Shown one piece after another: positions 61,250 through 64,000 of a stretch of DNA of 64,000 nucleotides. Position numbers and translations under genes: made by a program. The stretch comes from Scyliorhinus canicula (Eukaryota). The notes below the pieces were generated by a model that made no database searches, was not told the DNA's origin, and saw only the letters and a program-made list of their open reading frames with translations. Location: positions 156,045,155 through 156,109,154 of the forward strand of contig NC_052150.1 of NCBI RefSeq assembly GCF_902713615.1, given 5' to 3'. The number at the start of each line of letters is the position of its first letter. Within the stretch, counting starts at the first letter, position 1.

Positions 61250-63300
61250 CTTTAAATCATTCCATTTAAACATTTTCATTATCAGAACTACCATTTCAGT
61301 AAGTCATGGCTGGTTTAGCTAGTACCACCGACATAAATGTTGGTGGAATATGGATATTAGTCTGTGCCGTTGGCACAACTAAAGTAGAAGAGGCACAGCC
61401 ATTTAACATTCTAAGGCGATGGATATTCTGCTCCTCAGGCAGAAGCCCTGTCTCAAAGTGCTGTCAGGAACTCTTATTTGCTAACAGCTCTTTAAGCCCA
61501 GCAACACCAGTGGCAGTAGTAACCAGGACTGGCACCGCAAGCAGTCCCTATAGTTTTAAGTCAGGGCCAAGAAAATGTGGGGAATACCAGGTGAGGGAAG
61601 GTGAGGAGAGGGGTGGGATGGGGTTGGAAGGGAGCACCTGTGGTGGAAGACCTTGGGGACAGGTTACTCAATGTCAAGGAAGTAGAACTCCCCCACCCTT
61701 CCTGGTGAGGCTTGAGCAGGGTAACACGTTGTTTTGAAGGGCCCGCATGTAAAATCTGAGATGCACCACAAGTGGAAATCGGTTCCGCTCCCTCAATGTT
61801 CAGCTGATGTGCGACACACATTGTAGAGGTCATTGCCACCTACCCTGATAGCAGTCATGATACTGCATCAGTTCACTGTACCATCACCATTTGAACTACC
61901 ACAAATGGGTGGTCATCAAGTCACGAGGGCTCTGCATTGACCATCTGAATCATGTCTCCAGTGCACCACCCTCACATACACTTTGGCAACATGCATATGA
62001 CAAGAGCCATGCCGCCACACAAATGTAATTTAGCAGACCATTGGGGTGCTGAAACAACACTTGAGCTGCTTGGACTACTCCGGAGGAGTCCTGCAGTACT
62101 CTTAGAACATGTGTCAAGATGTTCTGCTGTATCCTGCAAATCCTTGTCATTATGAGGGCACCTCCTTTACCACCAAGTGTAAGAGCAGTTTGGGCGGAGA
62201 AATAGTAGGAGTTGGAAGAAGAGAGGAGACAACCAGGCAGCACCTTTCTGTCCGAGCTGTCTGTGATCAACTCATCTGTTTGCAATAGCAGTGAATACAA
62301 CTCCAATTCCCCATTCAGTAACTGACTCACACCTCACCTTCTCTTTGATACAGGATACTACAATCCTCTGGCCACATTTTAAAAATAAAATGACTATAAA
62401 TGCAAACATTCCAAACCAATTTTATCAATCAATCTGTCCCATATTCTATTCAAAAGTCAATTATTCACCCTTGGCATTCTCTTGAAGACTGTCGCCTGTA
62501 TTTCTTTGCTGATCCTAATATTCCTGTGCAATTCAACCCAGTGGTCGCACATGTCCGATCAATGCTGCTGATGTTTGGAGTTGAAGAGATTGCAAATGGC
62601 CTTGTGGGATTATCTCATGCAGCTCTTCCCTCAAAGGCTTGACTTTGGACTCCGGCACCTCTGCATGGGCAGCAGCAGTCTGGGCTGGCTGGGTTTCAGG
62701 CAATAGCACGGGCACAGATAGAAAGGCAGTAGTGGAAGGAGGAATATCATAATCTTCAAACTTATGGCAGTGTTGTCAGGGGCTGAAGTGAAGCTATGCA
62801 TGTGAAGTATGAGTTATGATTAATGGAGATTGTTGGTTGGTGGGTGAAGTGGGGGCTGTGAATTGAGCAGTTGTGTAATTTCAGTGTTACATTGGTGGGA
62901 TTATGGAAGTTGAAGATATAATCACTGCCCTTGATCACTTATGTGAGATTGATTAAACTTGATTGAACTGCATTCAGGTCTTCATAGCTGCATTGCTGGC
63001 ATTGACCATGATTGTTACTTGTTCCCACTCCCTTCACAGTACCTCTCTGGCGGGCCTGCTAGACCTTTATGGATAGAGAACTTCTCTCCTGTTTACCTCC
63101 TACATTAAGGCCTCCAATGTTGCTTTGGAGAACCTTGCAGCCCACCCTCTCCCCTCTTATTACCACAGTCACTCTAGTTGTAGGTTATGTACACTGTCCC
63201 AGAAATCTCAGCACTGGCTCTCATCAAAATGCACTTTTCCTTTAGGAGATGCAGGTTAGCTTGACCTCTTTCTGGCCTCTCACAATTTTTCGCCCCCTGC
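61250..63300 (-). mobile_element. Old Harbinger Myb/SANT ORF remnant
   Basis: Minus strand 63070-63143 reads AARFSKATLEALM*EVNRREVLYP; boundaries uncertain. Confidence 0.5.
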
Positions 63301-64000
63301 CCAGACATGCAGTCTTTCAACACTATGCTTTCTGTTGACTGCATGCTGCATGCTGACAGTAGGAGCAGCAGTTTTTGAGTTGCATTTGAAGCAACGGACA
63401 AAGGTTAATCATCCATCTTGATCTCTGTATCCAATTCTAGGCTTAATCAAATGCCACAACTTCATATTTCCTTATGGTCTGGTATGGTCTGGAAGAAGCT
63501 AACAGCAGGAAGTTCCCAGTTAAATAACATGGAGGGAGTGGGTGGTGTGAGTGAAGAGAAGTTAAATGAGATCACAAACAACAAGCAAGTTTCAGTGATT
63601 CACAAGCATTTAGCAGTGAGTTTCTGGGACAACTGCTGATGTAAATTGTTGATAAATAGTACAAATATAGTGATTTGATTCCCTATTTTTGAGCTGTATC
63701 GTGTAGATCAAAAGTTGCTTGGTAGTCCAGAACTTGAATATAGCCCATAATGTCTATCGTGGAAATTATAATAAAGACAAATTCTTTGAGGTTCAATTAA
63801 GGAAATTTATTTGACACAAATATTTGCAGAGAGGGGAGTGGTCTGGCTGCATAGCCATTCCACAGCACTCTGAGTTATACACTTGAAAACCATTATATTT
63901 ATCGTGTGAAATAAGCAACTTTGAAGAGATAAACTTTGGGAACATACGCAAGAGGAAATATGAATATTTTGGTTTAAAAACAATTTGAGTACACATTTTG

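Overview
Vertebrate genomic DNA, almost certainly a cartilaginous fish (shark), judged from HE1/V-SINE-type SINEs, CR1, L1, Penelope and Harbinger repeats. The host gene is a complete 11-exon IFT57 on the minus strand (ATG 49361 to stop 28488; 1239-nt CDS, 412 aa; all GT-AG junctions and phases consistent). Two unidentified genes probably start here: one on the minus strand (exons near 25.0, 10.2 and 9.9 kb; N-terminal hydrophobic segment plus furin-type site) and one on the plus strand (ATG 56355). The rest is mostly nested transposons: a full-length decayed Mag-type Gypsy element, three solo LTRs, a full-length L1 with 16-bp TSD, L1/CR1 fragments, Harbinger remnants and MITEs, a hAT MITE, SINEs and Penelope-type fold-backs carrying hammerhead ribozyme motifs. 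Two observations stand out. First, an 18S rRNA fragment is fused exactly at the predicted hammerhead cleavage site of a Penelope-type element and then inverted-duplicated (40558-40844). Second, the Gypsy primer-binding site is not tRNA-like but is a perfect 16-nt complement of its own LTR poly(A)-signal region, suggesting self-priming. All calls are by eye with no database searches; boundaries of old repeats are approximate.
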